Origin: Eledone cirrhosa
Taxonomy: Eukaryota
Direction of reading: 5' to 3'
NCBI GenBank assembly: GCA_964016885.1
Contig: OZ024743.1
Span: 333,684,001-333,748,000, forward strand
DNA length: 64,000 bases
Below are positions 42,401 to 55,470 of this stretch, one piece after another. Position numbers and translations under genes: made by a program. A model generated the notes under the pieces. The model made no database searches. It was not told the DNA's origin and saw nothing but the letters and a program-made list of their open reading frames with translations. Position 1 is the stretch's first letter. The number at the start of each line of letters is the position of its first letter.

Positions 42401-45400
42401 TCTTACCTACAGATATAATACAATAGCCAATATTACCTATCTTGCCTACAGATGTAATACAATAGCCAATATTACCTGTCTTACCTACAGATGTAATACA
42501 ATAGCCAGCATTACCTGTCTTACCTACAGATATAATACAATAGCCAATATTACCTGTCTTACCTACAGATGTAATACAATGGCCAATATTACCTGTCTTA
42601 CCTACAGATGTAATACAATAGCCAATATTACCTGTCTTACCTACAGATGTAATACAATAGCCAATATTACCTGTCTTACCTACAGATATAATACAATAGC
42701 CAATATTACCTGTTTTACCTACAGATGTAATACAATGGCCAATATTACCTGTCTTACCTACAGATGTAATACAATGGCCAATATTACCTGTCTTACCTAC
42801 AGATGTAATACAATAGCCAATATTACCTGTCTTACCTACAGATGTTATACAATGGCCAATATTACCTGTCTTACCTACAGATGTAATACAATGGCCAATA
42901 TTACCTGTCTTACCTACAGATATAATACAATAGCCAATATTACCTGTCTTACCTACAGATGTAATACAATAGCCAATATTACCTGTCTTACCTACAGATG
43001 TAATACAATAGCCAATATTACCTGTCTTAACTACAGATGTAATACAATAGCCAATATTACCTGTCTTAACTACAGATGTAATACAATGGCCAATATTACC
43101 TGTCTTACCTACAGATATAATACAATAGCCAATATTACCTATCTTACCTTCAGATGTAATACAATAGCAGTGCATTACCTGTCTTACCTACAGATATAAT
43201 ACAATGGCCAGCACTACCTGTCTTACCTACAGATGTAATACAATGGCCAATATTACCTGTCTTACCTACAGATGTAATACAATAGCCAGCATTACCTGTC
43301 TTACCTATAGATGTAATACAATAGCCAATATTACCTGTCTTACCTACAGGTGTAATACAATGGCCAGCATTACCTGTCTTACCTACAGATATAATACAAT
43401 GGCCAGCACTACCTGTCTTACCTACAGATGTAATACAATGGCCAATATTACCTGTCTTACCTACAGATGTAATGCAATGGCCAATATTACCTGTCTTAAC
43501 TACAGATGTAATACAATAGCAGTGCATTACCTACAGATGTAATACAATAGCCAATATTACCTGTCTTACCTCCAGATGTAATACAATAGCCAATATTACC
43601 TGTCTTACCTCCAGATGTAATACAATAGCCAATATTACCTGTCTTAACTACAGATGTAATGCAATGGCCAATATTACCTGTCTTAACTACAGATGTAATA
43701 CAATAGCAGTGCATTACCTACAGATGTAATACAATAGCCAATATTACCTGTCTTACCTACAGATGTAATACAATAGCCAATATTACCTGTCTTACCTCCA
43801 GATGTAATACAATAGCCAATATTACCTGTCTTAACTACAGATGTAATGCAATGGTCAATATTACCTGTCTTAACTACAGATGTCATACAATAGCAGTGCA
43901 TTACCTACAGATGTAATACAATAGCCAATATTACCTGTCTTACCTACAGATGTAATACAATGGCCAGCATTACCTGTCTTACCTACAGATGTAATACAAT
44001 GGCCAATATTACCTATCTTACCTACAGATGTAATACAATAGCCAATATTACCTGTCTTATCTACAGATGTAATACAATAGCCAATATTACCTGTCTTACC
44101 TACAGATGTAATACAATGGCCAATATTACCTATCTTACCTACAGATGTAATACAATAGCCAATATTACCTGTCTTATCTACAGATGTAATACAATAGCCA
44201 ATATTACCTGTCTTACCTACAGATGTAATACAATAGCCAATATTACCTGTCTTACCTACAGATGTAATACAATAGTCAATATTACCTGTCTTACCTACAG
44301 ATGTAATACAATAGCCAATATTACCTGTCTTACCTACAGATGTAATACAATAGACAATATTACCTGTCTTACTTACAGATGTAATACAATAGCCAATATT
44401 ACCTGTCTTACCTACAGATGTAATACAATGGCCAGCATTACCTGTCTTACCTACAGATGTAATAAAATAGCCAATATTACCTGTCTTACCTACAGATGTA
44501 ATACAATAGCCAATATTACGTGTCTTACCTACAGATGTAATACAATAGCCAATATTACCTGTCTTTACCTACAGATGTAATACAATAGCCAATATTACCT
44601 GTCTTACCTACAGATATAATACAATGTCCAGCATTACCTGTCTAACCTACAGATGTAATACAATAGCCAATATTACCTGTCTTACCTACAGATGTAATAC
44701 AATGGCCAATATTACCTGTCTTACCTACAGATGTAATACAATAGCCAATATTACCTGTTTTTACCTACAGATATAATACAATGTCCAGCATTACCTGTCT
44801 TACCTACAGATGTAATACAATAGCCAATATTACCTGTCTAACCTACAGATGTAATACAATAGCCAATATTACCTGTCTTACCTACAGATATAATACAATA
44901 GCCAATATTACCTGTCTTACCTACAGATGTAATACAATAGCCAATCTTACCTACAGATGTAATACAATAGCCAGCATTACCTGTCTTACCTACAGATATA
45001 ATACAATAGCCAATATTACCTATCTTACCTACAGATGTAATACAATGGCCAATATTACCTGTCTTACCTACAAATGTAATACGATAGCCAATATTACCTG
45101 TCTTACCTACAGATGTAATACAATAGCCAATATTACCTGTCTTACCTACAGATATAATACAATAGCCAATATTACCTGTCTTACCTACAGATGTAATACA
45201 ATAGCCAATATTACCTGTCTTACCTACAGATGTAATACAATAGCCAATATTACCTGTCTTAACTACAGATGTAATACAATAGCCAATATTACCTGTCTTA
45301 ACTACAGATGTAATACAATGGCCAATATTACCTGTCTTACCTACAGATATAATACAATAGCCAATATTACCTATCTTACCTACAGATGTAATACAATAGC

Positions 45401-48400
45401 CAATATTACCTGTCTTACCTACAGATGTAATCCAATAGCAGTGCATTACCTGTCTTACCTACAGATATAATACAATGGCCAGCATTACCTGTCTTACCTA
45501 GAGATGTAATACAATGGCCAATATTACCTGTCTTACCTACAGATGTAATACAATAGCCAGCATTACCTGTCTTACCTATAGATGTAATACAATAGCCAAT
45601 ATTACCTGTCTTACCTACAGATGTAATACAATGGCCAGCATTACCTGTCTTACCTAGAGATGTAATACAATAGCCAATATTACCTGTCTTACCTACAGAT
45701 GTAATACAATAGTCAATATTACCTGTCTTACCTACAGATGTAATACAATAGCCAATATTACCTGTTTTACCTACAGATGTAATACGATAGCCAATATTAC
45801 CTGTCTTACTTACAGATGTAATACAATAGCCAATATTACCTGTCTTACCTACAGATGTAATACAATGGCCAGCATTACCTGTCTTACCTACAGATGTAAT
45901 ACAATGGCCAGCATTACCTGTCTTACCTCCAGATGTAATAAAATAGCCAATATTACCTGTCTTACCTACAGATGTAATACAATGGCCAATATTACCTGTC
46001 TTACCTACAGATGTAATACAATATCCAATATTACCTGTCTTACGTACAGATATAATACAATGTCCAGCATTACCTGTCTAACCTACAGATATAATACAAT
46101 AGCCAATATTACCTGTCTTACCTACAGATGTAATACAATAGCCAATCTTACCTACAGATGTAATACAATAGCCAATCTTACCTACAGATGTAATACAATA
46201 GCCAGCATTACCTGTCTTACCTACAGATATAATACAATAGCCAATATTACCTATCTTGCCTACAGATGTAATACAATAGCCAATATTACCTGTCTTACCT
46301 ACAGATGTAATACAATAGCCAGCATTACCTGTCTTACCTACAGATGTAATACAATAGCCAGCATTACCTGTCTTACCTACAGATGTAATACAATGGCCAA
46401 TATTACCTATCTTGCCTACAGATGTAATACAATAGCCAGCATTACCTGTCTTACCTAAAGATGTAATACAATAGCCAATATTACCTGTCTTACCTACAGA
46501 TATAATACAATAGCCAATATTACCTGTCTTACCTACAGATGTAATACAATGGCCAATATTACCTGTCTTACCTACAGATATAATACAATAGCCAATATTA
46601 CCTATCTTACCTACAGATGTAATACAATAGCCAATATTACCTGTCTTACCTACAGATGTAATACAATAGCCAGCATTAACTGTCTTACCTACAGATATAA
46701 TACAATAGCCAATATTACCTGTCTTACCTACAGATGTAATACAATAGCCAGCATTAACTGTCTTACCTACAGATATAATACAATAGCCAATATTACCTGT
46801 CTTACCTACAGATATAATACAATAGCCAATATTACCTGTCTTACCTACAGATGTAATACAATAGCCAGCATTACCTGTCTTACCTACAGATATAATACAA
46901 TAGCCAATATTACCTATCTTACCTACAGATGTAATACAATAGCCAATATTACCTGTCTTACCTACAGATGTAATACAATGGCCTGCATTACCTGTCTTAC
47001 CTACAGATGTAATACAATAGCCAGCATTAACTGTCTTACCTACAGATATAATACAATAGCCAATATTACCTGTCTTACCTACAGATGTAATACAATAGCC
47101 AGCATTACCTGTCTTACCTACAGATATAATACAATAGCCAATATTACCTATCTTACCTACAGATGTAATACAATAGCCAATATTACCTGTCTTACCTACA
47201 GATGTAATACAATAGCCAGCATTACCTGTCTTACCTACAGATATAATACAATAGCCAATATTACCTGTCTTACCTACAGATGTAATACAATGGCCAATAT
47301 TACCTGTCTTACCTACAGATATAATACAATAGCCAATATTACCTATCTTGCCTACAGATGTAATACAATAGCCAATATTACCTGTCTTACCTACAGATGT
47401 AATACAATAGCCAGCATTACCTGTCTTACCTACAGATATAATACAATAGCCAATATTACCTGTCTTACCTACAGATGTAATACAATGGCCAATATTACCT
47501 GTCTTACCTACAGATGTAATACAATAGCCAATATTACCTGTCTTACCTACAGATGTAATACAATAGCCAATATTACCTGTCTTACCTACAGATATAATAC
47601 AATAGCCAATATTACCTGTCTTACCTACAGATGTAATACAATAGCCAATATTACCTGTCTTACCTACAGATGTAATACAATAGCCAATATTACCTGTCTT
47701 AACTACAGATGTAATACAATAGCCAATATTACCTGTCTTAACTACAGATGTAATACAATGGCCAATATTACCTGTCTTACCTACAGATATAATACAATAG
47801 CCAATATTACCTATCTTACCTTCAGATGTAATACAATAGCAGTGCATTACCTGTCTTACCTACAGATATAATACAATAGCCAATATTACCTGTCTTACCT
47901 ACAGATGTAATACAATAGCCAATATTACCTGTCTTACCTTCAGATGTAATACAATAGCCAGCATTACCTGTCTTACCTACAGATGTAATACAATGGCCAA
48001 TATTACCTGTCTTACCTACAGATGTAATACAATAGCCAATATTACCTGTCTTACCTTCAGATGTAATACAATAGCCAGCATTACCTGTCTTACCTACAGA
48101 TGTAATACAATGGCCAATATTACCTGTCTTACCTACAGATGTAATACAATAGCCAGCATTACCTGTCTTACCTACAGATGTAATACAATGGCCAATATTA
48201 CCTGTCTTACCTACAGATGTAATACAATAGCCAATATTACCTGTCTTACCTACAGATGTAATACAATGGCCAATATTACCTGTCTTACCTACAGATATAA
48301 TACAATAGCCAATATTACCTGTCTTACCTACAGATGTAATACAATAGCCAATATTACCTGTCTTACCTTCAGATGTAATACAATAGCCAGCATTACCTGT

Positions 48401-51400
48401 CTTACCTACAGATATAATACAATAGCCAGCATTACCTGTCTTACCTACAGATGTAATACAATAGCCAATATTACCTGTCTTACCTACAGATATAATACAA
48501 TGGCCAGCACTACCTGTCTTACCTACAGATGTAATACAATGGCCAATATTACCTGTCTTACCTACAGATGTAATACAATAGCCAGCATTACCTGTCTTAC
48601 CTATAGATGTAATACAATAGCCAATATTACCTGTCTTACCTACAGATGTAATACAATGGCCAGCATTACCTGTCTTACCTAGAGATGTAATACAATAGCC
48701 AATATTACCTGTCTTACCTACAGATGTAATGCAATGGCCAATATTACCTGTCTTAACTACAGATGTAATACAATAGCAGTGCATTACCTACAGATGTAAT
48801 ACAATAGCCAATATTACCTGTCTTACCTCCAGATGTAATACAATAGCCAATATTACCTGTCTTACCTCCAGATGTAATACAATAGCCAATATTACCTGTC
48901 TTAACTACAGATGTAATGCAATGGCCAATATTACCTGTCTTAACTACAGATGTAATACAATAGCAGTGCATTACCTACAGATGTAATACAATAGCCAATA
49001 TTACCTGTCTTACCTACAGATGTAATACAATAGCCAATATTACCTGTCTTACCTCCAGATGTAATACAATAGCCAATATTACCTGTCTTAACTACAGATG
49101 TAATGCAATGGTCAATATTACCTGTCTTAACTACAGATGTAATACAATAGCAGTGCATTACCTACAGATGTAATACAATAGCCAATATTACCTGTCTTAC
49201 CTACAGATGTAATACAATGGCCTGCATTACCTGTCTTACCTACAGATGTAATACAATGGCCAGCATTACCTGTCTTACCTACAGATGTAATACAATGGCC
49301 AATATTACCTATCTTACCTACAGATGTAATACAATAGCCAATATTACCTGTCTTATCTACAGATGTAATACAATAGCCAATATTACCTGTCTTACCTTCA
49401 GATGTAATACAATAGCCAATATTACCTGTCTTACCTACAGATGTAATACAATAGCCAGCATTACCTGTCTTACCTACAGATATAATACAATAGCCAATAT
49501 TACCTATCTTACCTACAGATGTAATACAATAGCCAATATTACCTGTCTTACCTACAGATGTAATACAATAGCCAGCATTAACTGTCTTACCTACAGATAT
49601 AATACAATAGCCAATATTACCTGTCTTACCTACAGATGTAATACAATAGCCAGCATTACCTGTCTTACCTACAGATATAATACAATAGCCAATATTACCT
49701 ATCTTACCTACAGATGTAATACAATAGCCAATATTACCTGTCTTACCTACAGATGTAATACAATAGCCAGCATTACCTGTCTTACCTACAGATGTAATAC
49801 AATGGCCAATATTACCTGTCTTACCTACAGATGTAATACAATAGCCAATATTACCTGTCTTACCTACAGATGTAATACAATAGCCAATATTACCTGTCTT
49901 ACCTACAGATGTAATACAATGGCCAATATTACCTGTCTTACCTACAGATGTAATACAATGGCCAATATTACCTGTCTTACCTACAGATGTAATACAATAG
50001 CCAATATTACCTGTCTTACCTACAGATGTAATACAATGGCCAATATTACCTGTCTTACCTACAGATGTAATACAATAGCCAATATTACCTGTCTTACCTA
50101 CAGATGTAATACAATGGCCAATATTACCTGTCTTACCTACAGATGTAATACAATGGCCAATATTACCTGTCTTACCTACAGATGTAATACAATGGCCAAT
50201 ATTACCTGTCTTACCTACAGATGTAATACAATGGCCAATATTACCTGTCTTACCTACAGATGTAATACAATGGCCAATATTACCTGTCTTACCTACAGAT
50301 GTAATACAATAGCCAATATTACCTGTCTTACCTACAGATGTAATACAATGGCCAATATTACCTGTCTTACCTACAGATGTAATACAATGGCCAATATTAC
50401 CTGTCTTACCTACAGATATAATACAATAGCCAATATTACCTGTCTTACCTACAGATGTAATACAATAGCCAATATTACCTGTCTTACCTACAGATGTAAT
50501 ACAATAGCCAATATTACCTGTCTTAACTACAGATGTAATACAATAGCCAATATTACCTGTCTTAACTACAGATGTAATACAATGGCCAATATTACCTGTC
50601 TTACCTACAGATATAATACAATAGCCAATATTACCTATCTTACCTTCAGATGTAATACAATAGCAGTGCATTACCTGTCTTACCTACAGATATAATACAA
50701 TGGCCAGCACTACCTGTCTTACCTACAGATGTAATACAATGGCCAATATTACCTGTCTTACCTACAGATGTAATACAATAGCCAGCATTACCTGTCTTAC
50801 CTATAGATGTAATACAATAGCCAATATTACCTGTCTTACCTACAGATGTAATACAATGGCCAGCATTACCTGTCTTACCTACAGATATAATACAATGGCC
50901 AGCACTACCTGTCTTACCTACAGATGTAATACAATGGCCAATATTACCTGTCTTACCTACAGATGTAATGCAATGGCCAATATTACCTGTCTTAACTACA
51001 GATGTAATACAATAGCAGTGCATTACCTACAGATGTAATACAATAGCCAATATTACCTGTCTTACCTCCAGATGTAATACAATAGCCAATATTACCTGTC
51101 TTACCTCCAGATGTAATACAATAGCCAATATTACCTGTCTTAACTACAGATGTAATGCAATGGCCAATATTACCTGTCTTAACTACAGATGTAATACAAT
51201 AGCAGTGCATTACCTACAGATGTAATACAATAGCCAATATTACCTGTCTTACCTACAGATGTAATACAATAGCCAATATTACCTGTCTTACCTCCAGATG
51301 TAATACAATAGCCAATATTACCTGTCTTAACTACAGATGTAATGCAATGGTCAATATTACCTGTCTTAACTACAGATGTCATACAATAGCAGTGCATTAC

Positions 51401-51821
51401 CTACAGATGTAATACAATAGCCAATATTACCTGTCTTACCTACAGATGTAATACAATGGCCAGCATTACCTGTCTTACCTACAGATGTAATACAATGGCC
51501 AATATTACCTATCTTACCTACAGATGTAATACAATAGCCAATATTACCTGTCTTATCTACAGATGTAATACAATAGCCAATATTACCTGTCTTACCTACA
51601 GATGTAATACAATGGCCAATATTACCTATCTTACCTACAGATGTAATACAATAGCCAATATTACCTGTCTTATCTACAGATGTAATACAATAGCCAATAT
51701 TACCTGTCTTACCTACAGATGTAATACAATAGCCAATATTACCTGTCTTACCTACAGATGTAATACAATAGCCAATATTACCTGTCTTACCTACAGATGT
51801 AATACAATGGCCAGCATTACC
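30448..51821. repeat. 39-bp satellite array (consensus ACAGATGTAATACAATAGCCAATATTACCTGTCTTACCT), ~550 units, 21.4 kb, inside one DZANK1 intron
   Basis: 39-bp period read directly; recurrent 30-, 31- and 40-bp variant units; higher-order offsets visible from repeated ORF coordinates. Confidence 0.99.
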
Positions 51822-52015
51822 CGGATCAGATTGGATTTTGATGTCTACCCCTGCGTCTCCTGCCAGTTGGTTTAGCCCATAAAATCTGTCTACAATTCTT
51901 TCTTGAGACATTCTAGTCACATGTCCATAGTATCGGAGCTGTGATTCCTCAATTCAGAGTAGTAGCGGCTCTACCTGGAGTGGCTCTCTCATCTCTCAGC
52001 TATGCACTCTATCAA
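51822..52015 (-). mobile_element. Fragment of the same RTE-like family as 16374-16770, abutting the 39-bp satellite
   Basis: Reverse complement shares atcacagctccgatactatgg.catgtg..tagaatgt and gacagatttta.gggc.aaaccaac.ggcaggagac with 16515-16615. Confidence 0.75.
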
Positions 52016-52267
52016 GTAATGTTACCCCAAACACCCTTCGGAGGAACCCCATTCCGCCCGATTGTATTTCTGTCATTTTCTTTTTATCTCCTTTTACTAT
52101 CTTTTTTTAAATATTTTCTCTTTTTCTTTTTTTAAAACTTATTTACCTGTGATGTGACTTGTTAAGTGAATGTGAGGAGGGAGCTATCTAAAACTGTCAA
52201 AACCAACGATGTCTGACCTAAGTATCTGCTTGATACTTTGTAGTCATTGCACATAAAGAGAAATCAA

Positions 52268-52337
52268 AGGAAAATAGACTACTACTACTACTACTACTAC
52301 TATTCTACTACTACTACTGCTACTACTACTACTATAA

Positions 52338-52370
<33 letters not shown>

Positions 52371-52408
52371 ACCACCACCACCACTACTGCTACTACTACT
52401 ACTACTAC
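52268..52408. repeat. (TAC)n/(CAC)n microsatellite
   Basis: Read directly. Confidence 0.95.
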
Positions 52409-52515
52409 CCCGTAAGGATGAAAGGCAAAGTTAACCTTGGTGGGATTTGAACTTAGAATGTAAAGAATAATAATACCAATAATAATAATAACAAGAATAT
52501 ATTATCTAATTTCAG

Positions 52516-52649
52516 GGTGCTGACCCTAACTGTACAAATAAAAATGGTTTCTCAGTTCTTTATATGGCAGTTAAGAACAAACATAAAGACTGTATACCAG
52601 TCATTATCCAGGCTGGTGCTGACATACATCACAAAGGTCCTGTCTCTTG
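52516..52649 (+). CDS. DZANK1: DZANK1 ankyrin exon (GADPNCTNKNGFSVLYMAVKNKHKDCIPVIIQAGADIHHKGPVS)
   Basis: ctaatttcAG acceptor; TG|gtaagt donor; ankyrin consensus GADPN/AGADI; phase 0 to 2. Confidence 0.92.
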
Positions 52650-52789
52650 GTAAGTAGAGGGAAGTTGTTGACAAATGTAATTTGTAATGACTATGTTTAT
52701 TGCATGTCTCCATATCAGAAACTGTTTTAATAATAATAATAATGAAATTATTGTGTACAATGCTCAGGTGCACTACAACTCATCAAAGA

Positions 52790-53352
52790 TGTTTGTATAG
52801 TACATAGAATAATGTACAAATGTCAGGGAAGTGAATAGTGTATGAGTCATGATAAACATGTGTGCGTGTGTATGGAGGGGGAGTATTAGGTGTAGTGTTG
52901 GCGAATCTCAGGAAGCATGGAGGTTTTAAAGGATGCAGTGTCTCAACAGCTAACAACTGATGCTGGGAGTTTGTTCCATGCTTCAGCAACTCTGAGCGTG
53001 AAAAAATGTTTCCGAAAGTCATGGGAGCTGTGCTGTTTTCTGACTTTGTTGGCATGCCCACGTGTGTTAGACACATGGAAATCAAAAAGGTTCTCAGGGT
53101 TGTTGTTGGCAAGATGGTTAATAATTTTGTGGGTGTCTACCAAGTCAGTTGCCAGATGTCGGAGCTTCAATGTATCCATGCCCAGGGAAGTAAGGCATTC
53201 AGAGTATGGTAGATGCCTGATGGAGGGTATTCGCTTGGTTGCACGTCTCTGAACAGTTTCCAGGCGGTCAATGTTCTGAGCAAGATAGGTGTTCCAGACT
53301 GGTGATGCAAATTCTAAGTGTGGCCGCACCATAGCTATATATAGCTTTAAAT
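52790..53352 (-). mobile_element. CR1/L2-clade LINE 3' fragment
   Basis: LYIAMVRPHLEFASPVW...LETVQRRATK.I...TRGH..K...RKHFFTLRVAEAWNKLP is the typical CR1-type RT C-terminal pattern. Confidence 0.92.
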
Positions 53353-53356
53353 AGAT

Positions 53357-53697
53357 GGAGGCACATGGCTTAGTGGTTAGAGCATTGGCCTTGCAATCGA
53401 AAGGTTGTGAGTTCAATTCTCAGACCGGGTGATGTGTTGTTTCCTTGAGCAAGAGACTTTATTTCACATTGCTCCAGTTTACTCAGCTGTAGAAATGAGA
53501 TGATAGGGACCCCAGTCCCTATCATTCCACTGCAAAGTGGTCGTGGAGGTGCCACAGCAAAAAAGCACCCAGCACTCACTGTAAATGAGGTTGGTGTTAG
53601 GAAGGGCATCCAGCTGTAGAAATCAAGCCAGAATCAGTTCCCGTCCTACCCTTGCAAGCAGGGAAAAGTGGACGTAAAAATGAGAAGAAGAAGAAGA
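53357..53697 (+). mobile_element. Near full-length tRNA-derived SINE family B (Pol III A/B boxes, CORE-like CCTTGAGCAAG block, RTE-derived 3' tail)
   Basis: TGGCTTAGTGG (53366-76), GTTCAATTC (53411-19), ccttgagcaagagacttt; 3' end matches the RTE at 27645-27698; (GAA)n tail. Confidence 0.85.
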
Positions 53698-53814
53698 TAG
53701 CTGGAGAGCGGCTGACAGAGTTTTGACTGTAATAATGTTTTGACAGAACTTGTAGTAATATTTGAAGTATTTTTTTTCCTTCTGCATTGCCAACTTTATT
53801 TACTAACTTTGCAG

Positions 53815-53889
53815 CAGAGGAAACACGGTTCTTCATGAAGCTGTCAGTTTAGGGCAAGATGGTATTGAGATTGTGGATACGCTGTTACG
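53815..53889 (+). CDS. DZANK1: DZANK1 ankyrin exon ((C)RGNTVLHEAVSLGQDGIEIVDTLL)
   Basis: TACTAAC branch point at 53801-53807; gcAG acceptor; CG|gtaaat donor; GNTxLHxA ankyrin motif; phase 2 to 2. Confidence 0.92.
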
Positions 53890-53944
53890 GTAAATAAATA
53901 CCCTCCTTCTTTTACTATCCACTACAGATTATATATAAACTGGC

Positions 53945-54088
53945 CTTGCCACGGAAAAAAAGCACCCAGCACTCACTGTAAATGAGGTTGGTGTTAGGAA
54001 GGGCATCCAGCTGTAGAAATCAAGCCAGAATCAGTTCCCGTCCCACCCTTGCAAGCAGGGAAAAGCGGACGTAAAATGATGATGATGA
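53945..54088 (+). mobile_element. 5'-truncated SINE family B copy; further + copies at ~54548-54640, 58120-58330, 60950-61470
   Basis: Near-identical to 53550-53685; ends in (GAT)n. Confidence 0.88.
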
Positions 54089-54257
54089 CCACAAACACAT
54101 CGCTAACCTTCCAGCTATGTGAAACTTTACCCCCATAAAAAAATGACCAAACTTCACTTGCTGAGCCCCTAAGCTATATGACATTTGAGCCCTTTCTCTA
54201 AAAACTTTGGGTAAAAAAATTAAAAATAATTATACATGATTATTATTTATTAATGAA

Positions 54258-54450
54258 GGGCGGTGGATTGGCAGTATCGGTAGAGGGCCAGACACCATGC
54301 TTTGCAGCATAATTACGTCCCTTTACGGTCTGAATGCAAATCCTGTCGAGGTTAACTTTGCCTTTCATCCTTACGGGGTCGATAAAATAAAGAACCAGTA
54401 ATACACTGGGATAATTGCTGGCCTTGTGCCAAAAGTAGAAACAATTATTA
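54258..54450 (+). mobile_element. tRNA-derived SINE family A, near full length
   Basis: gggcggtggattggcagtatcggtagag (A-box-like), caaatcc (B-box remnant), gcctttcatccttacggggtcgataaaataaag core, (ATT)n tail; about 10 copies in the window. Confidence 0.85.
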
Positions 54451-54962
54451 TTTATTAATGATTACAAAATTAAATTAGTTATAAAATGTTCCTTTTAAGT
54501 AATTAATTGATTTATTCCATTTGTCACCGAGAAAAAAAAAAATATAACTGTAAACGTGGTTGGTGTTAGGAAAGGCATCCAGCTGTAAAATACTCAGCCA
54601 AATGCAAGTGTGGAAAAATTGACGTTAAACGGAAATGATGATATATATATACATAAAAAGTCCCCCGAGGATGTGTAGCCCTCAGCTATAGCTTAGTCCA
54701 GCAATGCGACCGAAGCAAAACCTTTGGTTCATTAAACAGTCTACTAAAAGCCCATCTCAAGCATGTGTTAAGGGTCTGGGTTGAAGGTAGAAGCCATTGT
54801 CGTACCCCTAAAGGAAGATGGAGAAAAATCTTTGGTAACTTGAACTGTTCAGCTAATTTAGGTGACAATTGAGATAAGACTTAAATATGTTTAGAGTTGT
54901 CTCCCATACATATTCATGCAATTCTTGTAAAATTACGGTTTTCATTCTTCCAATATTTTATG

Positions 54963-55470
54963 CATCATCATCACTGTTTAACGTCCATTTTTCCACGCTA
55001 GCATGGGTTAGACGAGTAGTCCAGATCTGAGCCAAGCCAGAGCTAATAATCATGTCTTGCTCACACTGGGCCGATTTTAGCATGGTTTCCAAGGCTTGAT
55101 GCCCTTCCTAACGCCAACCACATTTAGTGTGGACTGGGAGTTTTTTGTTGTCACCTACACAACCATTTTACGGCGTTGACTGGGTGCTTTTTGTCATTAG
55201 ACCTACACTACCACTTTCCTTGTAGACTGGGTGCTTTTGTCATTACTCTTACACAGCCACTTTCAGTGTGGACAGGGTGCTTTTCGTCATGACACCTACA
55301 CGACCACTTTCAGTGTAGACTGGGTGCTTTTCGTCATGACACATACACGACCACTTTCAGTGTGGACTGGGTGCTTTTTGTCATGACACCTACACGACCA
55401 CTTTGGCTTGGTTTTTACAGTTAGATGACCACCTTACAGGGCGTGCTGGGTGCATTACAATATAGCACCA
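54963..55470 (-). mobile_element. SINE family B copy with internal ~42-bp tandem array; similar expansion at 62505-62920
   Basis: (CAT)n tail, gatgcccttcctaacgccaaccac, then repeated gactgggtgcttttcgtcatgacacctacacgaccactttcagtgt. Confidence 0.82.

Noticed and set aside
30183-51920. Many long ORFs (up to 667 aa) of NTIANITCLTYRC / GKTGNIGYCITSV repeats on both strands
   Set aside because: A 39-bp unit is 13 codons with stop-free frames by chance. The ORFs break at random stop and indel variants, have no unique termini, and lie in a DZANK1 intron.
53357-53430. tRNA gene
   Set aside because: A/B boxes are present but continue into a SINE body and LINE tail; no convincing cloverleaf; multiple degenerate copies.
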